In this document: positions 40,401 to 54,863 of the stretch, in pieces
Numbering within the stretch: the first letter of the stretch is position 1
Layout of the letters: every line of letters starts with the position of its first letter
Assembly (NCBI RefSeq): GCF_001194135.2
Contig: NC_068990.1
Location: forward strand, 85,158,416 to 85,222,415
Reading direction: 5' to 3'
DNA: 64,000 bases
Origin: Octopus bimaculoides
Lineage: Eukaryota
Program-made: the position numbers and the translations under genes
The notes under the pieces: model-generated
Told to the model about the DNA's origin: nothing
The model's database searches: none
What the model saw: the letters and a program-made list of their open reading frames with translations, nothing else

Positions 40401-43400
40401 AAGTTGGTTCGTCTGTGACTCTTGACAGTAAGAGATCTAATTTTGTTTAGAAGACATCTACATCCACCCCATGTAGGTCTCTCAGGTCCTTCGAGAGGAT
40501 ATTGAAGAGCTGTGAGCCTTTAAAGCCCAGACTCTATCACTATCTTGTATATTTTGATGGCAAAGTTGGAGTCTTTGGCACTATGCAGTTGCACCCTGTT
40601 CTAGCAATAGTGTAACTCTCAATGCCAAAGTTTGGGACAAGTCCCTCTGGGATCTTCCAGATGTATATTACTGCATATCTTTCTCACCTACGCTCCAGGG
40701 AGTAGAGTCTCAATCCTTTGAGTCTTTCCCAGTAGCTTATATGCTGCATAGAGGCTATCTTCTTTGTGTAGCTTCATTGGATTGCCTCAAGTTCTGCAAT
40801 TAATTTTACATAGGTTCGTGACCATAGCTGGGTGCAATAGTCAAAGCAGATTAGGACAAATATCCTCCAGAAGGCCATCATGGTTTCCTGATCTCTCATT
40901 TTAAAAGTTCTAAGAATCCCATCTTGTCAGCCACCTGCATTTCGTTGCCAACTTAGCAACATGCACATGGAAGGATACATGTAAATACTCAGCTCACACA
41001 CTGACTGCATCTCTGGGATTGCAATCCCTCCAGGTCCAGTGTATTTAATTGGTAATGCATTTAGTTTTGCATAACAATAGCATAGGGCTTGAAACTTTTC
41101 AGCATTAAATTGCATGCTATTCTTTTTTGCCCACTTGTATATTTCATCTAACTTATGTTGCAGGTGCATAACATCTTCAGGGTTCTGTATTACTCATGAG
41201 ACTTTTGTATCATCTGCATAATTTGTGAACATGATATATGTATGTATATTCTCTAATGAATGGTGAGGACAAGATACATACAAGTATATATACATGTGTG
41301 TGTATGTGTGAATGAATACATAGTAATATAAGAAATGTAAAACTTACAGTTTCACCTTTCATGCCGACATCACCAGTAATTCCAATAGGTCCCTGGAAGA
41401 GAAATTTTCAAAGAAAGAATAAATTATTTGAATATAGAAATAAGAATTTTACTAAAGAATTTTCTAATACTGGTTTCAAATTTTGGCACAAGGCCAGTAA
41501 CTTTGAGAAAGAGGTAAATCAATCACATCGACCCCAATGTTCAACTGCTACTTATTTTATAAACTCTGAAGAGATGAGAGGCAAAGTTGACCTCAGCAGA
41601 ATTTGAACTCAGAGCACAAAGACAGAAAAAAATGTCAGTAGGTGTTTGCCTGGCATGCTAATGACTCTGCCAAGTCACCACTTTAGAAGAATTATCTCAT
41701 ATTTGGAACTTTTTAATCTGTCTTAACAAACAATAAAGTGATAATTTTTTTTATATTGTAGTTAGGTGATTTTTATCTGACATTATGTATTGAAACATGA
41801 CATAAAATGCCTTGCTCAAGGATGCAACAAGATACCTACTCTAGGAATAGAACCAACGACTACACTCACGAGTCTATTGCTTCTTCTGACAACTAAGGTC
41901 ATGTGTCATCATTGTATCATGTTAGAGTCATATAAACTATTTTAAATTTGAAAGCACTGTGGTATCAATTTTTGTTTTCGTTTTCTCTGGTCATTTATAT
42001 ACAATAAATATATTACAGTGGAGTAATACACAATAACATACACTACTATGAAATAAAACAAAAATTATAAATATTATTGCACATGAGTTATTTAAATTTA
42101 TAATATAGCTTTATAATGATTCACAGCTATTGCCATTTGATGTATATTGAACTTAGATATTGTCTGTTTTTGCAACATATTTCTCTTCACCCTTCTGGAC
42201 TTCAGTGAGTTTTAAAGATTTAAGGACTGGGACTTTGGATTTGCTTGTTACTGTGACTGCTGACTTCCTTTTAATTAGTGCTAAGATCCTGTTGAGCTTT
42301 ATAATTAGAAGAACCTTATATACAAAGCATCCATATTTAGAAATGAATCTAAGCTTTACAGTGTCTACCTAAAAGGGAAGCTCCACTTTATCTGCCATCC
42401 CTTCCTATCCTAAGTAAAGAGGCAAACATCTGTAGGATTACAACAATAGATAAAATAAACTGATAAAGCAGGTATACTTACAGGTGGACCAATTGGCCCT
42501 GGTAGGCCAGGTAGACCAGGTTTCCCTTGTGGCCCACCAATACCAGGTGGTCCCAAAGGTCCAGTTGGGCCAGGTGGACCCTAAAAAAGCAATGAAAAAT
42601 ATTTATTAATTTAAGATAGACATAACAACAAACATAACACACTTACAGACATCACACACTACATACTGCTTGTGTATGGCTGCTTATCAAATCTTATGAA
42701 ATCATTTGTAGATTGTTTGATGGCTGAATGACTCTCCCTTTGAGATATAGCTTCAGTTGTAGACAAGACGATATATATTTGATTGGAGAAGCTTCTCCTG
42801 TCTTCTGGTATAATTAGCTGATAGAGCCCACCATTTAATATGAAAGTGACTACATTTATAGCTAGAAGCTTCTTTTCTTTGTTCAGGAATTAATTTTCTT
42901 TACGATTTGCATTCTATGGTCTTTAACAGGAATACTCTTAAGTTGTATATTCCACAACACCAAAATTTGTGTAAAATATTACCTCTTCAAATGCTGCTTA
43001 ATTCATGAACAGTAATGATTATACTACTATAACAAGACTACCAATTATGATTGAAGCTATAATGCAAATTGCAATTGCATCGATTGGATTAACTGTCTTT
43101 AGATTGGATTGATTGGTCTTTAGATAAACTTAACTGCCTTTTAGTTTGCTTATTTAATGATGTGGTATATAAACGTAAAGTTTCAACACCACAATGCCTG
43201 TTTATTGTAAAGCTTATATAGCAGTTATTACAGCAGTAGATTTGAGGTTATGTTTAAAATCCTAATTTTTTATTTATTTTTTTACCTTGCTATGTCATAA
43301 AAATCTCTGACTAAAATCAGAGATTTTTCAATTCAGGATTTTGGGAAAACTTCTTTCTTTTTTTTTCCTTTTATATTTGCACTCTTGTAGTCATTCAAAA

Positions 43401-46400
43401 ATACCTATGTTGAAAGTATATGGGAAAATAAAATAAATATAACTTACATTTGCTCCCTGTGGGCCAGGGGCTCCTGGTGCACCATGAGGTCCNNNNNNNN
43501 NNNNNNNNNNNNNNNNNNNNNNNNNNNNNNNNNNNNNNNNNNNNNNNNNNNNNNNNNNNNNNNNNNNNNNCGGCAGGAGATGGTGGCGAACCCTGCTGTA
43601 CTCTTCCACCACAACTTTCTCCCACTCTTACTTCCTTTTTCTGTTGTGCCTGTAATTCAAAGGGTCAGCCTTATCACACTGTGTCACACTGAATATCCCC
43701 GAGAACTACGTTAAGGGTACACATGTCTGTGGAGTGCTCAGCCACTTGCACGTTAATTTCACAAGCAGGCTGTTCCGTTGATCGGATCAACTGGAACCCT
43801 CGACGTCGAAACCGACGGAGTGCCAACAACAACAATAATATTGATGTAGATCTTATTGTTCTCTAGCATAAGATATTTTATTGTCAGTATGCAGATTCCT
43901 CCAGAAGACTGTTGTAATTTAACCCCAGGTCAACTCAGATCTCACATACCTATGGTTAAAAGTATTTTAGTTATGACTGTTTTATCTCTTCCTTCAACAA
44001 CTACACTATCCAATGACTCCTTCCATTGTTTCGATGCTAGCATGTAATTTTGAGGATGATTTGCTAATTATTTCTAGCAGATCAAGTGGTCTTATTGACA
44101 TTCCCTCATTAGCTAAAACATCTCTCATTGGATTAAGGCCTATTATTTTGTTGTTACTGCTGTTGCAGTTTGCTCTGACTGGGTATTTCTGTGAAATAGC
44201 AGTAACTGAACTGATTGAATGAAATATTCAGTGGATGCTTTATACATACAACAGTTACAGGTCTTGAAAATATTTTTCCAAATATGACAAAGAATAAGAG
44301 TGAAATGTTTGAATTACATTGAAGATATACTAAAGTGATATCATGTATAGAAAATACTTCTTAACAAATCATCATCATCGTTTAACGTCTTCTTTCCATG
44401 CTAGCATGGGTTGGACGATTTGACTGAGGACTGGTGAAACCAGATGGCTACACCAGGCTCCAATCTGATCTGGCAAAGTTTCTATAGCTGGATGCCCTAC
44501 CTAATGCCAACCACTCCGAGAGTGTAGTGGGTGCTTTTACATGCCACCGGCACGAAGGCTAGTCAGGTGGTACTGGCAACGGCCATGCTCGAAATGGTGT
44601 ATTTTACGTGCCACCTGCACAGGCCCAAGCACACCGTTTAAAATAATAACTCAAATGCTGTATTAATTTGATGAGATAATAAGGAGGCCTGTATGTAGTT
44701 GCTGATCCAGAATGATATCTGAACTTGATGATATAGCAGATAAATTTCACATAAAACCAGTTTCTTTGCATGAACTTGTTTCCTTTCAACATCCTAAAGA
44801 TGAAAAGAACTACAAATGAATGTCCCTTCATGTGTTTTTATGTCCAATGGCTAGATACAACTTGACAGTAAGTGCATGATCAGAAGAAGGAATTACATAT
44901 GCTTTTCACACCTCATATAGTATTTCAGGTTAATGTTTCTTTGATGGAATAGAAACAAGATAAAAAGATTTTCTTACTTGATTTCCTTTGGGTCCAACAG
45001 GACCTTCAGCACCAGGTAAACCCTGAAATAAAAATAAACATTAGAAATTAGTAGATAAAAAAACAGCATTTTTTAATTGAACGTAATTTTTGCATTTTTA
45101 TTTGGAAATGTTTAGCTGAAGTAGCCTTTTAATACCAAACCATCTGAGACTGCCCATTCTGGAGCTTTATTCAGATTAGAATCTCCACCATTGATTACAA
45201 TGTGAAAGATAATAAGATTTCAGTTGGTCAACACTGAAATAGTTTATAACAATATAGAAGGTTAGAGGAATCCCACAAGGCCCATTCCAAAACCTTAATT
45301 ATAATGAAAATTAATTGAAACAGAAGCAATCTACTCATTTAAAATGAATCATGAAAGAGTTTAGATCTGCTTTTTGTATTTCTTTCAATTAGTGGAAAGG
45401 AAATAAATCTACTCCTGGATGATTGACATGTGAATTGTTGTTATCATCTCAAAATGTTATGGTACATGGATTTCAGGTGAGCAAATAGAGCAAATCTGGA
45501 ATTAAGTGTCATGATGAAAGACCTTGATACTTAATGAATTTTCTTCAAGACTATATATCCAACTGACCATCTGCTCTATTTATTTAGCTCATGAGGTACA
45601 TAGATACTGATTGCTTACTAAATGATCTAATGATCCCCAAGATGGTTAGGACAGATTGTGAAATGTGTAATACTTACAGGTTGACCAACAGGTCCTGGAG
45701 GGCCACGTGGTCCCATGAAACCTCTTGGTCCCTAAAATAATCCAAATAGAAATGAAATGAAATTAAGACATGTACAAATGTTTATGAAAGATTCAAATAG
45801 TAAAAATGTTGAGGGATAAGGGATAAAAATATGTAACTATGATTTTGAAAAATCAAAGATTAATGTATAAAGTCCAAGAGACTCAGGTTAATATTAAGAA
45901 ACTGGAGTCAGTTACTAGAAATAATCATCTTAATTATAATTACCATAAAATCTGTAGATAAATCAAATTAATGAATGAGAATGCAAGGCTAGTAATTGAA
46001 GGACTGCCATTTAACAAAACTTGAATCTCTTCTCCTTAAAATGTGGTTAATGCTAAACATTCTCTTGTCATTTCAAGGACAACATAAATTATTGTATCCG
46101 ACATTGTAGATTTGACAACACATAGGTGGCAAAATTATGTAAAGCATCTCACAGCACACATCACCAGATATTGTTTGTTTCATGATGTAAGTTTGACAAT
46201 AAATGCTTGACAATAATTAGGAATTACACCACCCAGCAAAATGATTAAGTTTTATATGTGAAAATGAGCTCCATTCAGTCGAAAAGTGATTTTGAGTTCT
46301 CCCACATCACCTAGTTAAAAATAGAAAGTCTATTCACTTGGAAATTAAAGATTACTTGTTTCAATTTAATCACATCTCCCCAACAATCAGACTTTCTCTC

Positions 46401-49333
46401 CCAGCAAATTTTAAATCATCATTGTTTAACATCCACTTTCCATGCTAGCATGGGTTGGACGATTTGACTGAGGTGTAACTATGAGATTACAGAATATTAG
46501 GATTAATTAATCAGATTAATAATTAACCAAATATGAAAGATGATTATAAAAATACATACCATTTCACCAGGGGCACCTAAAGATCCCTGTACTCCTTGCT
46601 CACCCTGACAAAGAAAACAAACAAAAATATATTGATTTTGTGTCATTTCAGTCACAGATTTTAATGAACCTGTGTATACAGGTTGTATGTATTTATTTTA
46701 TTTTGAGGTTTTATTATGATATATAAAAGTATTGTTCATAAACATTATTGATGCAGTATATGAAAAAGTTAATAGAATTTTATTTCACTCTGATTTTATG
46801 AGTTGTCACTTGTCCTAGTGACACACACACACACACACATATACATGTGTGTGTGCATGCCTCTAATCTATGTATAATCTTTAAAAAGAGAAATTCTTCT
46901 AAATACTTACTTGTTGGCCTTCATGTCCAGTTAAGCCAATAGGTCCTTGTGGACCACCTAAACCCTACAAAAAGTAAAAAAGAAAGAATAACAATGAATT
47001 CACCATCAAACCTAAAAGTTTCTGGTTAACAATGCTATTTCAAATCCAATAACCCTCTACTCACCACATAATTTCCTCTCTAGCTTATCTCTTAATATTT
47101 ACTAGTCACTGGTTTTATATATTGTCATGATGTAAAACTTTGCATTAACAGAAGGTACAAACAAACAAATAAGCAATGATCGTTCACGATCTGAAAAACA
47201 AGCTTTCATTCCAAATATATACATGTTGGTTAGCCCTAGGCCATCACTAAATGAACAGACTCTGATTATAAGCTATGATCATCTTGTTTTTTCTTTGCCT
47301 TCAGGGAATGTGCATTTAAGATTAGATGAACCATTATCATACAACATTTCCTTCCCTTTTTAATTCAGTCGGGGACTTATAGATTTGGCTGCCATTTCTA
47401 GTAGCTCAGGTGATCAGTGACCATGTAATGGTTTCCCCAAGGTCAGTGGGGTTGCATCTTGTTCTGTTATCTTTTTGGCATTATGTTGTGATAGTTATGC
47501 TCAGTGGTCTTACATTCAATATTGTTGTGTTTAGTGGTGTTGTGATGTTGATTTGGCAGTTTTGTCTCCTGTGATATGTTGTGTTGCAGTGTTGTTGTAG
47601 TGTGTTGTTGTGTTCAGTTTTGTTGTGTTATAGAGTCATGTTGAAATGTTGTATTTAGTAACATTGTGCTGCTGCATACATTAGTTTATAATATTGTATT
47701 ATGAACTGAAACTCACATAAAATTCATTTAATCATTATAGTGTTGTAAAACAGTTAATATTTTCTAAAGGAAAGGGGGCGAACAGGCAGAAATGTTAGCA
47801 TGCCTGGCAAAATGCTTAGCAGTATTTCGTCTGTCTTTACATTCTGAGTTCAAATTCCAGGGAGGTCGACTTTGCCTTTCATCCTTTTGGGGTCGATAAA
47901 TTAAATACCAGTTGTGTACTAGGATCAATTTAATCAATTGCCCCCCCCCCCCAAAAAAAAATTTCAGGCCTTGTGCCTTGCATAGAAAAGAATATTTTGT
48001 TAAGGGGTCTCAGATGGCCAAGTGGAATGAGTGTAATACAACCTGAGCAGATGTTTGTTAGCATCCTGATACTGGCATTGTACCACATTTGCCACCATTT
48101 CAACTGTTCCTAGTATTTGGTTATTACTTTAGTTTATTACCCTAGAAAGGATGAAAGACACAGCTGACCTAAAAGGGATTCGAATTTAGGTTGTAAAGGA
48201 CCTGAATTGAGTACTACAAGGCATTTTTACCTGATGCTTTGATTATTTTATTAACCCATTGACTATGTCCCTCATCTTCAGGATTAGGTAGAAGACTAGG
48301 GTTACTGTCAATAGAATAGTTAATTGTCTACATGAAAGGATAACAAGTGATTACTTACTCTATCTCCCTTCTGACCAGGCAGTCCAGGTAGTCCCGGAAA
48401 TCCTGAAAGTCCCTGAATAAAAAGAAAGGTAATAATATTAAGTCATATGATATCATATTGAAGAACATCAATAGAATATCCTCAAAATTAAGTTAAACCA
48501 ATGTTTTTTTCTTAAATTGATTATTTAAATTTTTTTTAGAAATGAAAATGATTCTTAGATAATAGTAATTATAATTATTTACATAAAACTAATTAATTTT
48601 GTTTAGTCACAGCTGAGATCAAGTTGTAGTGCTTTATACAGGTTTCAAAATCGTTAGATCTTTGAAAAGCATTTAACATCGATCTGTATAAATATTTTTA
48701 TACTCTTTATAAATTTTATACTATCCATTCTTTATCATGGCCACAGTTAAATAGTTGGAACCAGTAATAGACTAAGGTTTATGGATGAAGAAATAAGTGT
48801 TCTTTGCAAGTAAAACTTACCTTGTCACCAGGTGGACCTGATATACCTCTTTCTCCATCTCTTCCAGGTCGGCCCTGACAAATAGCAAAGACATTAAAAT
48901 TAGCCCCTTCAAAATATTTATACGACACCAAAGAAAATATTACTTTTTGAAACACACATACACACACACACACTAATATTTCTGATAGTCCACTGCCCTT
49001 CAAAATAAAAAAAAAATTTTTAAATTGCTATCAAACTGTACTTACTCTTTGGCCGGGCGAACCAGTTATACCAGGTACTCCTGGAGGACCAGCTGGACCC
49101 TGGGTTCCAGAAATTAAAAAAAATATGTATATGTTAGATCACATTAAAAAATAACCAACAGCAAAACAACAATAACAGCAACACATACACACACACATAT
49201 ATATATATAATATGTGACAATTATTCGGTAGTTATGATATGTATTATACCGAATAATAGTCACATATTATATTTACAGATAAATTCNNNNNNNNNNTCTC
49301 TTTCATTCTTTTGTTGTCTTGCCACTTATATCA

Positions 49334-49364
<31 letters not shown>

Positions 49365-50722
49365 TATATATAATTAATATAAACAGCAGTTTGCACTGTT
49401 TCAACAAAAGGAGAATTACAAGTATCACTAAGTGTGACTAGGGTGTTAGGAAACACATACATTGCTAGAAATAAGAGCTAAATTGCTCTAATGCTGTAGT
49501 TAATGCACATGATTGAAGACATATTCACTAACATGGACCATAATCGTCCGAAAAGTGCCATTCAGGAATTCTTAATACTGACATGTCAGTTTTGACAATT
49601 ACTGTTGCCTCATCAGTTAAGACAGCTTTGCTTTGTCTCTTTCCGAACTCACTTAGCCATTAGTATTTATGTTTGCATCATTTAAATTATTGGATGGTTT
49701 TTGGCAATTCACTAATGTGTGCACATAAAATTAATATAAACAGCAGCTTGCAATGTTTCATGAAAAAAGGGTGACTAGGAAACACCAACGTTGCTAGAAA
49801 TAAGAACTAAATCACTCTAATGTTGTAGTTAACTCACATGAATGAAATGATATACACTAACAGGGACTGTATATATATATTCTCTATAAGACACTTACTT
49901 CTTCACCAGGAACTCCAGGATCTCCTTTAGAACCATCTAGACCAGTTGATCCCTAGAGTAAGAATGAAAAATATAAAAATAATATTATAAAAATGATTTC
50001 CATTTTTTTTTAACCATAAGAGTGAAATTCAAAAATGAAATTTTATTTTTTTTCTGATGATGATAAAATGTGCATCAGATCTAAGGGCCATAACTCTCAA
50101 AACAAATTTATATTAATGTTGCAAGTCTGGTTTCATTTAGATAACATCTTTGACAAGCTCATTCCTTTTCTTAATTTTTTGTGGGATAATATAAAGAAAT
50201 TTTTTTCAGTTATTTTCTTTTNNNNNNNNNNNNNNNNNNNNNNNNNNNNNNNNNNNNNNNNNNNNNNNNNNNNNNNNNNNNNNNNNNNNNNNNNNNNNNN
50301 NNNNNNNNNNNNNNNNNNNNNNNNNNNNNNNNNNNNNNNNNNNNNNNNNNNNNNNNNNNNNNNNNNNNNNNNNNNNNNNNNNNNNNNNNNNNNNNNNNNN
50401 NNNNNNNNNNNNNNNNNNNNNNNNNNNNNNNNNNNNNNNNNNNNNNNNNNNNNNNNNNNNNNNNNNNNNNNNNNNNNNNNNNNNNNNNNNNNNNNNNNNN
50501 NNNNNNNNNNNNNNNNNNNNNNNNNNNNNNNNNNNNNNNNNNNNNNNNNNNNNNNNNNNNNNNNNNNNNNNNNNNNNNNNNNNNNNNNNNNNNNNNNNNN
50601 NNNNNNNNNNNNNNNNNNNNNNNNNNNNNNNNNNNNNNNNNNNNNNNNNNNNNNNNNNNNNNNNNNNNNNNNNNNNNNNNNNNNNNNNNNNNNNNNNNNN
50701 NNNNNNNNNNNNNNNNNNNNNN

Positions 50723-50777
<55 letters not shown>

Positions 50778-53700
50778 CATAAGGGGAAAAATTGAATATT
50801 AATTTGATTAATATCAATTTAAACCAGTGGCCTAGCATATTGAGAAAATCTGAAGATTCAGAAAAATGATATTACATACATTAAAATTCCAATTTGAAAT
50901 AAATGTGTTATGAGGAAAAGATAACATTAGCTTAAATGATTAATATATTATTCATTTTCATTGTGACAAGATGGGCAATAAGTCCAGTCATGTTTCAGTC
51001 TTTTTAGACCTCCTCAGTGAATTATAGACTTCACTGTACTTACTGAAGTAGTGGTGAAAGACTCATTAAATATATGTGCAATGTTATGCACAAATAGGCA
51101 TTAAGTATTGATTTAAAAAATAAATCGCTAATGTTTATTACTCTGAGATGCCAGCTGCATGAAATTTAAAATAAACTGATTGTTAAGATATTTAATGCTG
51201 TCATCGTTATCATCATTATAGTCAAGGTGCATCTTCCAGAGAGGTAACATAAGCTCTCCAATGGTGTGGTTCACCTTTAGAAAGTTAGGTGTGGATAAAT
51301 TTTGTGATTGCAGTTTCTAAAAAACAGTGGCAGACTTAAGCTGCCTCACAGTATAACACCACCACCACAACATGTTCCATTGGTGCCTTAAGCAGAATTC
51401 AGTATGCTGCAAGCATGTGGACCAGGACCCCTGTTTAGGCCAATTGCTGCAATTCCTCCCCATCTATCTTGGAGTCCATCAGAAAGTTCATGGATGCTGG
51501 CTAACATCCTTTCACTAAGTAAAAAGAATAAAAAAGGTTAATGAAAAAAAAAATGAATAAAACAATTGTTGTGTATGTATTAGTTACTTACCATATGTTG
51601 ACTAAGCATTGACCTCAAATTATCAGCCTGGTTATTTGGACCTTTTGTAGCGTCCCAGTTCAACTGAAAATTACAAGGATTAGCAACGATTAGTGATTAT
51701 TTTAATAATTACTAAACTATTATTTAAATTTACAACATAAATCAACAACATCGAACTTTTACTTGAAAAAATCAATTACAGCATAAAAATCAATTGAATT
51801 TTCAAATTCTCTATGAAACAAACATTTTTTTCCTCACATCCTTGGCTTTGTTATCTCATTCTGTATAATATATACCATCCTAGAGTAATATTACCATATT
51901 GGGTGAGTTTTTTTTTTTTTTTACAGTGATGTTTTTTTTTTTACAGTGATATAAGACAGGATTTAAAACTCAGAAAGTCTGGGCTGGAACAGATATGAGA
52001 AAGAATTCCTTGTGATGCTCCGACCATTCCACCAATCTACCATCCTAGATTAATACTTAATGGCCTCAAAAGAATACATGTGTATAAGTGTGTGTATATA
52101 TGCGTGAACTATAGAGATTTTTTTTAATAAATCGTTGAATGAATCAGTGATATCAACAAGCATAGCAATAGAGTAATACTTACAGGTATAATGAATACGT
52201 GTCCAGGGGGCCCAGGTAATCCATTTGCACCTGGGAGACCATCACGTCCAGGATATCCCTAAAAAAAAAAAGAAAATATTTTATGAATTCCTTTTTAGAC
52301 ACGGCAGAAGTATTATGTATGTTTAAAGTGAAAAGACAGAGAAATATGATGTGCTGATCATGGTTTTCCTAATGTCATAAAGGATCTTGGGACTGTGGTA
52401 ATAATCTGGACTTCATATCCACACAAAAAGTTAGTATCTATTGTCAAGTTTTTAAAGTTATTATTATTGTGTAGCTCTAGGTCATGGTTCAATGAGCAGA
52501 CAAGATTAAAACCATTCTAGGCATCACACCATCTCATATTCATGACTACATTGTCAAATGTGTCTTTCTTGTTTTTATTTTTTTAATGGCATAGCATGAT
52601 TAGAGGGCAATTTGTTTGCTGTATTTAGTAGGTCAAGCAACCACATAGAGGTTCTTTATTTGGCTCATGGTTAAAGTTGTAGTTTGTATCAGCTTATTAT
52701 AGATGTTCCTCTTCTTCATGCAATGTAGATAGGCGTAGGAGTGGCTGTGTTGTAAGTAGCTTGCTTATGAACCACATGGTTCCGGGTTCAGTCCCACTGC
52801 GTGGCACCTTGGGCAAGTGTCTTCTACTATAGCCTCAGGTCAACCAAAGTCTTGTGAGAAGGATTCGGTAGACAGAAACTGAAAGAAGCCCGTCGTATAT
52901 ATGTATATATATGTGTATGTATGTGTGCGTGTATATGTTTGTGTGTTTGTGTTTGTCCCCCCAACATCGCTTGACAACTGATGCTGGTGTGTTTATGTCC
53001 CCGTAACTTAGAGGTTCGGCAAAAGAGACCGATAGAATAAATACTAGGCTTATAAAGAATAAGTCCTGGGGTCGATTTGCTTGACTAAAGGCGGTGCTCT
53101 AGCATGGCCACTGTCAAATGACTGAAACAAGTAAAAGAGTAAAAGAGCTATCCCAGAAAACAATGTTACCATATTTTCTGGCACATTTTTCAGACCAAAA
53201 TTTACAGCCATAAAAAGGTAGTTGTTTGACTTATACACCAAGACTACTTTTGAAGACCAAAAATTCCATGTGAAATGTGGCAGGATTCGTAAAAGCAGTG
53301 GTGATGTTTACTACATGTCCACTATATCAATTTGTTTGATGGAAAATATCATAGATCCTCTCCAGTTAATCATATATTTAATCACACATCATACAGCAAA
53401 ATTGTTTTTTCTCTGTGAACATTCCTAGCCAATAAGAAATTTTGGACATGTCAAATGCTGTGTGGTGTAAAGTACAATTAATCTTGGTCAGTTTTCATAA
53501 AGCGACAATCAATGCATTATATATTATATGATAGACTGTTTATAATGTGAAAAAGCTTGTAAAACAGCTATACCCAGTTTATGGGGATTCAAAAGAAATT
53601 TGAAATATGGTAATTCAATTTTAGTTCATGTGTTCTCAAAACCTTAGTTTTAAATCAAAATAACATTCACAGCAAGATTAAGTGTATCTACATATCCAAA

Positions 53701-54358
53701 CTATATGTTTGGATATAGTTTTCATGTAAATACTCTGCTGGTATTCTTTATCTTTGATGGTTTGTTAGATGGGTACGTTTTATTTATTGGTGATGAAATC
53801 AGCTTGGAATGTGTGAATGTACTTAACATCAGTAATAATTTTGATGTCTGTCTCGGTGCAGTCTTTCTCTGGATGACGTATATCCGATGTGGGACAGTCT
53901 GTCTATATGTGTGGATTTATGTGTTGGTGTATGCATATATATTTATATCATCATCATTGTCACTGGTGTATGTGTCTAAATACATATATAAAAGTATATA
54001 TGTAGACACACACACACACACATGCACGCACACACACAGAGCTATTCATATGAAGTTTATATAAATTCAAAAGGAAATACTTACCGAATCGCCCTTGACT
54101 CCACTTTTACCCGGTGGACCTCTGGGGCCTGGGGATCCTCTAGGACCCTATCAAAAAGAATAGATTAATTAAATATGGGAAAAGAGTATTAGAATAATGA
54201 TGGTGATGATGATGATTTTTGTACTGGACTGATGATATTTATAGACAAATTGAGAACTTATGTCAATATTTTAGGGGCAAGCATTTGGCTCACACACTCA
54301 CAAATAACTATATGTATGTATATGTATGTATATATACATCTATCTGTCTATTGATTTA

Positions 54359-54402
<44 letters not shown>

Positions 54403-54826
54403 TAAGGAGAAAATGGAGAATTTTAACTGATGAAATTCAATTTATTTACATTTGGTCAAAACTCTCTGTAACCTACAATTGTTACCATAGTTAACTCAAT
54501 CAATTACAAATTAATAAATTAAAAACTTGCATCTTGATGTACCTCTAAACTCAAAATAATTATATATATATATATATATATATATTTACCATTGCCAACA
54601 CTGCCACTACTACTACTACTACAACCAACAAAATATGCCCCCACGTGGACTATTGACACCAGTAAGGAACAATTATGAACTCTTCATTTAATTTCATTTT
54701 TTTTAAATATGTATTTTTGATAAGGTTCGTTTTAAAAGAACGGAAACATATTAAAAATATCTCTGACTAAATTTTAAATTAAAATTCATTTTTTATATAT
54801 TGGCATTTTCAAACTTCTTTTTTATA

Positions 54827-54863
<37 letters not shown>

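Noticed and set aside
49100-49110. In-frame GGA ACC CAG (G-T-Q) just upstream of the W9 acceptor, suggesting a 63-bp exon
   Set aside because: No AG precedes it, and 54 bp fits the conserved register
50035-50838. 210-255-aa ORFs
   Set aside because: N-gap artefacts; the gap matters only as the likely site of a missing exon
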